From assembly GCA_965277715.1 (NCBI GenBank), contig OZ255836.1:3424001-3488000 (forward strand): a DNA stretch of 64,000 nucleotides. Direction: 5' to 3'. Both the position numbers and the translations under genes were made by a program. The notes under the pieces were generated by a model that saw only the letters and a program-made list of their open reading frames with translations, was not told where the DNA came from and made no database searches. Positions 22,777 through 30,972 of this stretch are shown piece by piece; the stretch's first letter is position 1, and every line of letters begins with the position of its first letter. The stretch comes from Gammaproteobacteria bacterium. GTDB lineage: Bacteria > Pseudomonadota > Gammaproteobacteria > JBCCGL01.

Positions 22777-23826
22777 TCAGGACGTGTGCCCAAAGGCTCT
22801 GGGGCGAAAGTAATAGTCAATTGTCGGTGCGCACATATTCGCCAATAACACGGCAAACGCGATGCCGTCCGGGTAGCCTCCCCAGGTGCGGATAATGTAG
22901 GTGAGCGCGCCGATCCCCACTGCATACACAAACCGTCCCGCGTTACTGCTGGCGGCGGTTACCGGGTCGGTAGCGATAAAGAACGCGCCGAGTAGTGCCG
23001 CGCCGCTGAACAGGTGAAACACCGGGCTGGTGTAGCGATCACTGTCGATAAGGTAGAAGAGGCTGGCAAAAGCCGCCAGCGATAGCAACACGCCCACGGG
23101 GATGTGCCAGCTAATTACACGCCGGTACAGCAGCCATATACCACCCACCAACCAGGCCAGACCAATCCATTCCCAGCCGCGCCCAGCGATGTGACCAAAC
23201 AGTGGGGCACGCAGTATTTCCTCAACGCGCTGCCCCTGGCCCAGCCCGGTTTTTACTGTATCAAGTGCCGTTGCCTGGGTCAGGGCATCCCAGGAGAGGG
23301 CTTCCGGTAGTGTCCCGCCAAACACCACGCCAAGTGTTTGTGCCAGGTCAAGCGATAGTGTCGCCGATGGGCCAATAAGGGTTTGCGCAGGTAGCCATAG
23401 TGTCATTTCACGGGGAAACGAGATGAGCAATACAACATAGCCGACCATCGCCGGGTTGAAGGGGTTGTAACCCAGCCCGCCGTAAACGTGCTTCGCCACT
23501 AAAATGGCAAAGCCGATGCCGAGCGCGATCAACCACCAGGCACTCATCGGTGGCAGTGCTAGGGCAAACAGCCACGCTGTGACTATGGCACTAAGGTCAG
23601 ACAGGCCGCCGATGACCGGGCGCTTGCGCAAGTGCAGCGCCAGCCCCTCAAAGGCGATGGCGAAGCCGATTGCCAGCAGTACATTGCTTATCACGCCCCA
23701 GCCAAAAAACCCCGCGTAGAGCAGTGTGCCTGGCAATAGACCCAGCATCACATCGCGCATCACGATACCGACACCAGTGGCGGCGAAGGTGTATGGCGCG
23801 GCGCGGCCGCTAATATTAAATTGCAC
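22777..23826 (-). CDS. rnfD: Rnf subunit D
   Basis: KHVYGGLGYNPFNPAMVG, DALTQAT, FFIATDPVT, GGYPDG. Confidence 0.95.
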   Translation of the reverse strand: MQFNISGRAAPYTFAATGVGIVMRDVMLGLLPGTLLYAGFFGWGVISNVLLAIGFAIAFEGLALHLRKRPVIGGLSDLSAIVTAWLFALALPPMSAWWLIALGIGFAILVAKHVYGGLGYNPFNPAMVGYVVLLISFPREMTLWLPAQTLIGPSATLSLDLAQTLGVVFGGTLPEALSWDALTQATALDTVKTGLGQGQRVEEILRAPLFGHIAGRGWEWIGLAWLVGGIWLLYRRVISWHIPVGVLLSLAAFASLFYLIDSDRYTSPVFHLFSGAALLGAFFIATDPVTAASSNAGRFVYAVGIGALTYIIRTWGGYPDGIAFAVLLANMCAPTIDYYFRPRAFGHTS

Positions 23827-25570
23827 GGTTAGCTTCTCTGGCTGATTGGGCGCTTGTGCCCAGGTCGCCCTGTCGGTGTCGTGTACGGCGCGCATCGGCT
23901 GCGGTAATCTGTGCCTGCTGTGCCGCGTTTAGGTCATGGGTGTTTTTTGACGCTCTCGCCGATGCCGCTTTCTTTGCCTGCACGCGTGCCAATGCGGCGG
24001 CGATAACATCCTGTTTATCGGTTTGCGCGTGGCCCGCTGTGTTTGGTTTGCCGCTATCCGTTGGTTTGTTATCGGCCTGTTTATCAGTCTGCCTGGCTTT
24101 GGCCGCCTGCTTGGAGGCTTCCAGGGCGGCGCGTTTTTTTGCCATGCGGGCTTCTTTGTCACGCGCAATGGCGGCCAACCGCGCTTCACGCGCCTCGAAG
24201 CGCAGCCGGGATGCTTCTGATTGTTCCCGGTTTCGGTCTTGTTCGCGTATTTCTGACTTGGCGTAACGGTAGTACGCCACCAGGGGGATATGGCTGGGAC
24301 AGACATAAGCGCAGGCACCACACTCGATGCAATCGCCGAGCCGGTATTGTTCGAGCTTGGGCAGGTCGCGGGCCTTGGCGTACCAGTGCAACTGCTGGGG
24401 GAGTAGCTGTGCTGGGCACGCCTGCACGCAGGCACCACAGCGTATACAGGGTTGCTCCGGTTTGGCCGCTGGCAACGCCTGCCCGGTGCTGGCTATCAGG
24501 CAGTTGGTGGCTTTGATCACCGGCAGGGCATCGTCCGGCAGGGCAAAGCCCATCATCGGGCCACCCATGATCAATTGGGTAACCCCTTCGACATAACCGC
24601 CGCACTGGGCAATCACATCGGCTATCGGTGTGCCGATCAATACCTCGGTATTGGCCGGGTGCTGCACGCCATCGCCACTCACGGTGACGATGCGGGAAAT
24701 CAGGGGTTCGCCCAAACACACCGCACGGTATATCGCATACGCGGTGGCGATATTAACCACCCGCAGGCCAATATCGGCGGGCAGGCCCCCGGTAGGTACT
24801 TCTTTGCCGGTTAACACTTTGAGCAATTGCCGTTCGCCACCAATGGGGTAGCGTGTGGGCACTATCCGCAATGCGCTCTCTTGCAGAGAGGACTGACGAA
24901 GGGCGGCGCGCAGGGCGTCGATGGCGGCGGGTTTGTTGTCTTCGATGCCAATCAATACGTGTTTTGCCTGCAAGGCATAGTGTGTTATTTCAATGCCGCT
25001 GACAATCGCGGCAGCGCGCCCGGTCATCAGCGCCTGGTCGCAACTGATATATGGCTCGCACTCGGCGGCGTTGATAATCAGAGTATCGACAGCGGTGGTG
25101 TCGGCAGCCAGCTTGACAGCGGTGGGGAACAGCGCGCCACCCAGGCCAACCACACCGCTATCGCGCACGATAGCGCCGATGGCCTGGGGGCTAAGTGCGC
25201 GAAAATCCGTGTGTGCTGTGCGCTCAATCCATTGGTCTTTACCGTCGGTTTCAATTTCCACACAATGGGCGGATAAGCCCGAGGCATGCGGCACCGGCAT
25301 AAGGCCAACGCGGGTGACCGTGCCGGAAGTGGGGGCGTGTACCGGCGCGCTAATGGTGCCATGCGCCACGGCCAGTACCTGCCCTTTAAGTACTGACTGG
25401 CCAGGCTGTATCTGTGATTTGTTGTCCGCACCGATGTGCTGGCGCAATGGTACTTGCAGCCGTGGGGGGACACGCAGTGGCTGAATGGGGGTTTGCAGCG
25501 ATTCGGCTTTGTGCGCATCCGGCTGCACACCGCCGTTAAAACGCCATAGCCTGTTTAATAGTGCACCCAT
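23816..25570 (-). CDS. rnfC: Rnf subunit C
   Basis: GLGGALFPT, AECEPYI, CIRCGAC...CP, CIECGAC...CP. Confidence 0.95.
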   Translation of the reverse strand: MGALLNRLWRFNGGVQPDAHKAESLQTPIQPLRVPPRLQVPLRQHIGADNKSQIQPGQSVLKGQVLAVAHGTISAPVHAPTSGTVTRVGLMPVPHASGLSAHCVEIETDGKDQWIERTAHTDFRALSPQAIGAIVRDSGVVGLGGALFPTAVKLAADTTAVDTLIINAAECEPYISCDQALMTGRAAAIVSGIEITHYALQAKHVLIGIEDNKPAAIDALRAALRQSSLQESALRIVPTRYPIGGERQLLKVLTGKEVPTGGLPADIGLRVVNIATAYAIYRAVCLGEPLISRIVTVSGDGVQHPANTEVLIGTPIADVIAQCGGYVEGVTQLIMGGPMMGFALPDDALPVIKATNCLIASTGQALPAAKPEQPCIRCGACVQACPAQLLPQQLHWYAKARDLPKLEQYRLGDCIECGACAYVCPSHIPLVAYYRYAKSEIREQDRNREQSEASRLRFEAREARLAAIARDKEARMAKKRAALEASKQAAKARQTDKQADNKPTDSGKPNTAGHAQTDKQDVIAAALARVQAKKAASARASKNTHDLNAAQQAQITAADARRTRHRQGDLGTSAQSAREANRAI

Positions 25571-25582
25571 CGCCGATCCCTG

Positions 25583-26185
25583 TTACTGGCCAGACGAAAG
25601 AGTGGATGGTGCGAGTGGCACAATCGGTATTACCGGAATAGTGCCGATTGCGCCCGTGCCTGGCCTCGGCACTTTCCAGTTTTCCAGCGTGGTTTTCACC
25701 GGCAGCATATCAATGCAATCCACCGGGCACGGCTCGACGCACAACACACAGCCGGTACACTCCGATTCAATCACCGTGTGCATATGCTTGGCGGCGCCGA
25801 GAATGGCATCCACTGGGCAGGCCTGGATGCACAGTGTGCAGCCGATGCAAATATCTTCACGAATTACCGCCACCGATTTGGGCTTCTCTATCCCGTTTTC
25901 GGCATTCAGCGGTATCACCTCGCGATCCAGCAAGGTCGCCAACGCCTGAATCCCGGCCTCACCTCCAGGTGGGCACTGGTTGATGGGGGCATCGCCTGCG
26001 GCAATCGCCTCGGCATAGGGACGGCAGCCGGGGTAATTGCATTGACCACACTGGGTTTGCGGTAGCACGGCGTCAATCTGATCGACCAGCGGATCCCCTT
26101 CGACTTTGAATTTTATCGCCGCGAAGCCAAGCAGCAGGCCAAACCCTATGGATAGACCGGTAATCACGGCAATGGCGGCGATCAT
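25583..26185 (-). CDS. rnfB: Rnf subunit B
   Basis: [33 protein letters not shown]. Confidence 0.95.
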   Translation of the reverse strand: MIAAIAVITGLSIGFGLLLGFAAIKFKVEGDPLVDQIDAVLPQTQCGQCNYPGCRPYAEAIAAGDAPINQCPPGGEAGIQALATLLDREVIPLNAENGIEKPKSVAVIREDICIGCTLCIQACPVDAILGAAKHMHTVIESECTGCVLCVEPCPVDCIDMLPVKTTLENWKVPRPGTGAIGTIPVIPIVPLAPSTLSSGQ

Positions 26186-26763
26186 GCGGGCACCAGCCCG
26201 GAAAAACCCATAAATGCCAGCGACATCAACCCGGCAGTAATCAACGCGACTGCGTTACCTTTTAGTGGCGCGGGCACATCGGCGACATCGATACGCTCGC
26301 GCATCGCGGCGAACAACACCAGTACCAGCGTAAACCCAATCGCCGCCCCAAAGCCGTACAGGGCTGAATCGATAAAATGGTGGGTCTGCTGCACATTGAG
26401 CAGCGCGACCCCAAGCACCGCACAGTTGGTGGTAATCAACGGCAGGAAAATGCCCAGCACGTTGTACAGCAGGGGGCTGCTTTTATGCACCACCATCTCG
26501 GTGAACTGCACCACGGCGGCGATAATCAGAATAAACGCAATCGTGCGCAGGTATTCGATATCGAAAGGCGCCAGCAGAAATGTATTTGCCAGGTAGCTGC
26601 ACACCGAGGCCAGTGTGAGCACAAACGTCGTCGCCAAACCCATGCCGATGGCCGTTTCCAGCTTGCGTGATACCCCCATAAACGGGCACAGGCCGAGAAA
26701 CTTCACCAGCACAAAGTTGTTCACCAAAATGGTGCCAACCAGGATAAGCGCGTAATCAGACAC
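26182..26763 (-). CDS. rnfA: Rnf subunit A
   Basis: [31 protein letters not shown]. Confidence 0.95.
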   Translation of the reverse strand: MSDYALILVGTILVNNFVLVKFLGLCPFMGVSRKLETAIGMGLATTFVLTLASVCSYLANTFLLAPFDIEYLRTIAFILIIAAVVQFTEMVVHKSSPLLYNVLGIFLPLITTNCAVLGVALLNVQQTHHFIDSALYGFGAAIGFTLVLVLFAAMRERIDVADVPAPLKGNAVALITAGLMSLAFMGFSGLVPA

Positions 26764-26935
26764 GAATAACTCAGTAATTTAGTCAGGTATAGCCAAATGG
26801 GCGCGAATTCTAACAATTCATTACCTGTTGTGACAGGTCGAATGTGTTATATGTATATTCGCGACTAAACAGCCCTTCCCAGCTAACGGCCTATTCAGTG
26901 CAGGCGGTTGAGCAGTTGGATATTACCGAGGTGTT

Positions 26936-27118
26936 TTACCTTTTCATAAGGTCGACGGTCAGCGGTAATAAACAACGCGTTGCCAACCATGCGATCAATT
27001 GCCCATGCCCTGCTTGAGTGTTGCCAATCACTTTGGTTTTGGCTTTCTCAACGCCAATATCGCGTAGCCACAACACATCAAGTTTTGCTTTGCTTACATC
27101 GATACCAATGATGTTCAT
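26936..27118 (-). pseudogene. IS110-family recombinase, N-terminal fragment
   Basis: MNIIGIDVSKAKLDV..NTQAG..LIAWL (start of DEDD RuvC-like domain); only 60 aa. Confidence 0.85.
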
Positions 27119-27119
27119 A

Positions 27120-27299
27120 ATTCTCTTACCCCACCTTGTTTATGCAGTCTCAAAGGACTCGGATACCATTCAGATTGTTGAGAAATTTGACGTGTGAGAC
27201 CTTATCTACTTAACAGACTCAATAGTCTAAGGATACAGTCAGGTTCTTCACACGCCCTGATGCAATATCAGCTAAACATTACATCGAGAGAGATACAAG
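27120..27299 (-). ncRNA. IS110 left-end bridge RNA (IS621-like)
   Basis: element end CTTGTAT; target loop CTGTATCCT-AGACT/AGTCT hairpin-AGTAGAT inside a CGTGTGA/TCACACG stem; donor loop ATGGTATC-AGTC/GACT hairpin-ACAAGG; directly upstream of the recombinase ATG. Confidence 0.75.
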
Positions 27300-27384
27300 G
27301 GATACAGGAGCTAGAGCAACGCAGGAGTAGTTGCCGACGACTGTATGGATACAGGAGCTAGAGCAACGCAGGAGTAGTTGCCGA
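27300..27384. repeat. tandem REP-like repeat (2 x 38 bp, period 47)
   Basis: GGATACAGGAGCTAGAGCAACGCAGGAGTAGTTGCCGA at 27300-27337 and 27347-27384. Confidence 0.85.
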
Positions 27385-27404
27385 GGAGCGGTAGCTTCGC
27401 ACTG

Positions 27405-27454
27405 TATACAGTGGAGAAAGACACTTACGTCTCGCGAACGAAAACCCTATAGCA
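27405..27454. repeat. dispersed 50-bp repeat, copy 1
   Basis: 45/50 identical to 40613-40662. Confidence 0.85.
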
Positions 27455-27560
27455 GCACAGACAACTCAGCTATAAGGCGAATCGGTGCATTGACGAATCC
27501 CGGAATTTATTTCATGCACGTTCCTAACAGGTCAAACCACCCATGGGTATCTACCCCGGT

Positions 27561-27979
27561 CTATTCGGTAATCCCGGCAATAGACTCAGCGAGTTTCTTA
27601 GTGATAAAACGCAGCTTTCCAATCGACATTTTTTTTGTGGTCGACATAATAAGAACGGATTGCTGCAACAAAAAACGCGTTTTTAAAAAAAGAATATTGC
27701 CCGCATCGGTTTCAATGATGCCAAGCTGCAATGCACCACCGGTCATTGCCCGGGCTGAAGCACCACCTAATGAGTAAAGTGTGCTCGATATAGCGGAAAT
27801 TTTTTCCTCTTCAGCCCGTTCAGGTGTGCGGGCCAACGAATGAAGAGTGAAACCATCTACCGACGACAGGCTAATAAGCTGTATTTCTATATTATTGGCA
27901 AAAAAAAACCGACGAGCTTTGCCAGCTTTTTTTGTGCATTGGTGGGTTGGTTATTATCAGGGGGGTTTTTCTGGTTCAT
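27561..27979 (-). pseudogene. Roadblock/LC7 (MglB-like) protein split by a -1 frameshift
   Basis: ATG 27979 overlaps the GTPase stop and that frame ends after 30 codons; the -1 frame reads IQLISLSSVDGF..EKISAISSTLYSLG..IIETDAGNI. Confidence 0.75.
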
Positions 27980-28509
27980 AAATGTTTATTCATTGCGTTG
28001 AGCGTGTAGAGCAACGTGACGGATGAATGCTTTTCTCTACCGTCAATTTTTAAAATAGGCGCGTTTATACCCTGCTGTTCGAAAATGCAATGAACCTCCA
28101 GTTTAAGCGTCTCAAGGATATCCTGCGATGCATTCTCAGCGTGAGTGATAACTGCAACGCACGGTGTGTTGTTACGTTTTGGATCAAAGAACTTTAGCAG
28201 CCCAGCGATCTCTTCATAGTCGTTTTTCTCCTGGTACTTGATCATGACAACCAGACCCCATAACGAGGTGTTAACAATCTCCCACAAAAAGGAGTACCGG
28301 CTTTGTCCCGGTACACCGTATAGGCCCAGCACGGTATCGTCCGCCAGTGTGATCCGGCCATAATCGATACCGACGGTAGTGTGCGATTTGCCGATGTCGA
28401 TTGTCGACTCCACGTCAGTTTTAACCGTATCGATTTCGCTTAAAGTGCGGATGATACAGGTTTTGCCTGTACCGACCCCACCTATAAAAGCCAGCTTCCT
28501 ATACTCCAT
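27976..28509 (-). CDS. MglA/CvnD-type small P-loop GTPase
   Basis: G1 [25 protein letters not shown]4-like THAE. Confidence 0.9.
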   Translation of the reverse strand: MEYRKLAFIGGVGTGKTCIIRTLSEIDTVKTDVESTIDIGKSHTTVGIDYGRITLADDTVLGLYGVPGQSRYSFLWEIVNTSLWGLVVMIKYQEKNDYEEIAGLLKFFDPKRNNTPCVAVITHAENASQDILETLKLEVHCIFEQQGINAPILKIDGREKHSSVTLLYTLNAMNKHL

Positions 28510-28513
28510 GGTG

Positions 28514-29281
28514 TTACATTAACCGCCGCAGATATATTTTCACCTTGTGGTAAAAATTTTCTGAGAGTGAAGATTTCAGTGACGCGCTATGCAGGCTTTG
28601 TGCTTGGATGCGCATATCCTTTTTAGTATCTAAAATGCCTAAAGCAAACAGAATCTTTAATGTTCTGTCCAGTTCTTTGCGTTGATTGTTGTACATAGAC
28701 ATTGCTTGCAGTTGGCTGTAAGAGTACGGCCCATTGATCAGCAATGAGCAGAGCTCGATCGTCTCTGGCGTGAGTTCAATTTCATCGAAATCAGGCCATC
28801 GCAATAACGTCATACGCGACTGTGTTATATCTGACTCACGTCGGGTGGGCGTATGCTTGTTTTGCAGGGTGGCGGAAAATTGGGTAAGTTGGTACAGAAG
28901 TGCTTTTTTCTTGTTGTCTAACCGGTATAGGTCATTTTGATGTCGTTGAAAAAAATGTTTGAAGTGCAGGTTTTTATCAACTTCATTAATCAATTTAATT
29001 GGGGTTTCTGGGAGAAAACGCTTTTCCAGGTACGCCTCAATTAGCAGGTCGACGTTATTGTGACGCGAGTCCTGGGAAATTGTTTCCAGCAGTGTGTCTA
29101 CTGATTCCACTGGTCCTTCAAGCAGGTGTAAATAATACCCATTGGTATAGCCGAGAATACTGGTAATGCGATTGCGTATATTTTTTTGCCGCGATACCTT
29201 TAGTATTTTTGACAGGCCGAGAGGAACGACATAGCTACCCACCTGGCCAGTCGCCTGGCTAATATAAAAAACCTCTTTCAC
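28514..29281 (-). CDS. BLUF-domain protein with C-terminal wHTH-like domain
   Basis: FYIS..SRQKN...IT.IL....YYLHLLEG......I..DSRH; C-terminal LLRWPDF...ELCSLL...YS..QL...LGIL. Confidence 0.8.
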   Translation of the reverse strand: MKEVFYISQATGQVGSYVVPLGLSKILKVSRQKNIRNRITSILGYTNGYYLHLLEGPVESVDTLLETISQDSRHNNVDLLIEAYLEKRFLPETPIKLINEVDKNLHFKHFFQRHQNDLYRLDNKKKALLYQLTQFSATLQNKHTPTRRESDITQSRMTLLRWPDFDEIELTPETIELCSLLINGPYSYSQLQAMSMYNNQRKELDRTLKILFALGILDTKKDMRIQAQSLHSASLKSSLSENFYHKVKIYLRRLM

Positions 29282-29297
29282 GTCTTGAAGCGGAAAC

Positions 29298-29329
29298 TTA
29301 CCCCTTGAACCAAAAGGCTCAAGGGGTAA
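29298..29329 (-). terminator. intra-operon stem-loop
   Basis: TTACCCCTTGA-10nt-TCAAGGGGTAA between the Roadblock and BLUF genes. Confidence 0.55.
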
Positions 29330-29336
29330 ATAGTAT

Positions 29337-29696
29337 TTAAACGCTTAAATCTTCTTCTATGCTTTTAGCTTTGCGCCGTGCCAGCGCGAGATTGGATTTA
29401 CTTTTGTCCAGTACCATATAAATATACAAACCTTCATGCTCCTTGGATGGCCGTATGATGTGTATTTGATGGGTTAGGGTAATCAGTATGTCTTCTATTT
29501 CGCCTTTAATATTTAAGCTTCTCATGGTATCCATTTTGGCTTTTACCACCTCTGAATTTCCTGCGGCAGCCAATTCCAGATCGACACCGCCGCCGACTTT
29601 TCCAAGTGCCATTCCTGATGTATAGTCGGCAATACAGCAGCCCATAATTCCGTCACACTTCATCAATTCGTTTAAGCTATTGGTTATATTTGCCAT
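29337..29696 (-). CDS. Roadblock/LC7-like protein
   Basis: DYTSGMALG, DLELAAAGNSEVVKAK, IEDILITL, NLALARR. Confidence 0.85.
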   Translation of the reverse strand: MANITNSLNELMKCDGIMGCCIADYTSGMALGKVGGGVDLELAAAGNSEVVKAKMDTMRSLNIKGEIEDILITLTHQIHIIRPSKEHEGLYIYMVLDKSKSNLALARRKAKSIEEDLSV

Positions 29697-30121
29697 GATT
29701 TTCCTCTAGGGGTTTTTTGGTGGTTAGTCATAAAAAAGGGTGTTGCTTATATCACGTTGAAGTCTATTTTAGGGAATCGCTAAAAATACATGTCGTCAGT
29801 GATCACTGATAGACAAGATGGGAAATCCTACAGCGTCCTCATATAGACTTAATATATTGCTCCACTCGTAAGTTGCCGGAGTGCATGGTGCTATTGGTAT
29901 CCAAGAAAAAGTTTATTTGTATAAATGCTTTTCTCGTGCTACTAGATCTGTAATATCCAGGCGATGCACTGTCAATTTAATGGCGCTTCATCAGTTTGAC
30001 AAAATACCCAGGCATTTTTGCTGCTTTTTCTTAGACGTTAGAAAAACCATAGTTAACCGGCTACAAAACTTGCCGAAGTATAGGCATATATTTCATATGT
30101 ATCAAGTATCAATCAGAATCA

Positions 30122-30149
30122 AAAATCAATGGGGTCAGATTCGATTGAT
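30122..30149. repeat. RAYT-flanking REP, left
   Basis: AAAATCAATGGGGTCAGATTCGATTGAT; inverted copy (1 mismatch) of the right repeats. Confidence 0.85.
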
Positions 30150-30203
30150 ATTTGATAATCAATCGATTAACCTACCGCCCGTTTCCGCTAAGCGTTATAA
30201 ACA

Positions 30204-30929
30204 ATGGCCCGCCTTCCCCGCTTTGTTATTCCCGGTCACCCGCAGCACGTTATTATTCGTGGCAATAACCGGCAGTCGATTTTTTATTCAGACGACGACT
30301 ATCGATTTTATCTGGCGAAGTTGAAAGCAGCCTGCGACAAACACCATTGTGATCTGCACGCTTATGTTTTGATGACGAATCATGTGCATTTATTGATTAC
30401 GCCTTATGCAACGGACGGTATCGGTAAGGCCGTGCAGATGCTGGGGCGTTACTATGTCCGGTATTTTAATGACACCCATCAGCGCAGTGGCACGCTCTGG
30501 GAAGGGCGCTATAAAGCGACGCTGATTGATTCAGAGCGTTATCTGTTGACGTGTTACCGCTACATAGAATTGAACCCGGTGCGGGCGCAGTTTATGGTGG
30601 ATCACCCGGCGGACTATCCCTGGTCGAGTTACCGCTATAACGCACAGGGGCAGGCAGATGAAAACATTGTCCCCCACGCTGAATACCAACGGCTTGGCCG
30701 TGATCCACAAGCGAGGCAGGTGGCGTATCGCGCGTTGTTTAAAGCGCATATTTCGGAAAAAGTACAGGCGTCAATTCGCGAGTCGACGAATAAAGCCTGG
30801 GTGCTGGGTGGCAGTGATTTCAAAGCGCGCATTGAAAAGCAAGTAAACCGCCGGGTGTCACCACAAGCGAGAGGTGGTGATCGAAAATCTGCTGGGTATC
30901 TGTCTCAATCAACGATCAATCGAGTCTGA
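30204..30929 (+). mobile_element. REP-associated tyrosine transposase (RAYT, HUH Y1)
   Basis: HVIIRGNNRQ, YVLMTNHVHLL (HUH), LWEGRY, YIELNPVRA, YPWSSY. Confidence 0.92.
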
Positions 30930-30972
30930 CCCCATTGATTTTGATCAATCGAGTCTGACCCCATTGATTTTG
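30915..30972. repeat. RAYT-flanking REP, right, 2 x 29 bp tandem
   Basis: ATCAATCGAGTCTGACCCCATTGATTTTG x2, perfect. Confidence 0.9.

Noticed and set aside
23816-24260. Ala/Lys-rich RnfC C-terminal extension as a novelty
   Set aside because: This is common in gammaproteobacterial RnfC/RsxC.
27300-27384. Possible CRISPR array (38-bp direct repeats)
   Set aside because: Only two copies, a 9-bp gap and no cas genes; it fits a REP-type tandem.
29881-30324. 147-aa ORF upstream of the RAYT
   Set aside because: It spans an AT-rich promoter and the REP, overlaps the RAYT out of frame and has no motifs; likely spurious.
30874-30969. HrpA N-terminal extension given by the ORF track
   Set aside because: It is read-through of the RAYT 3' end and REP tandem, not HrpA-like sequence.
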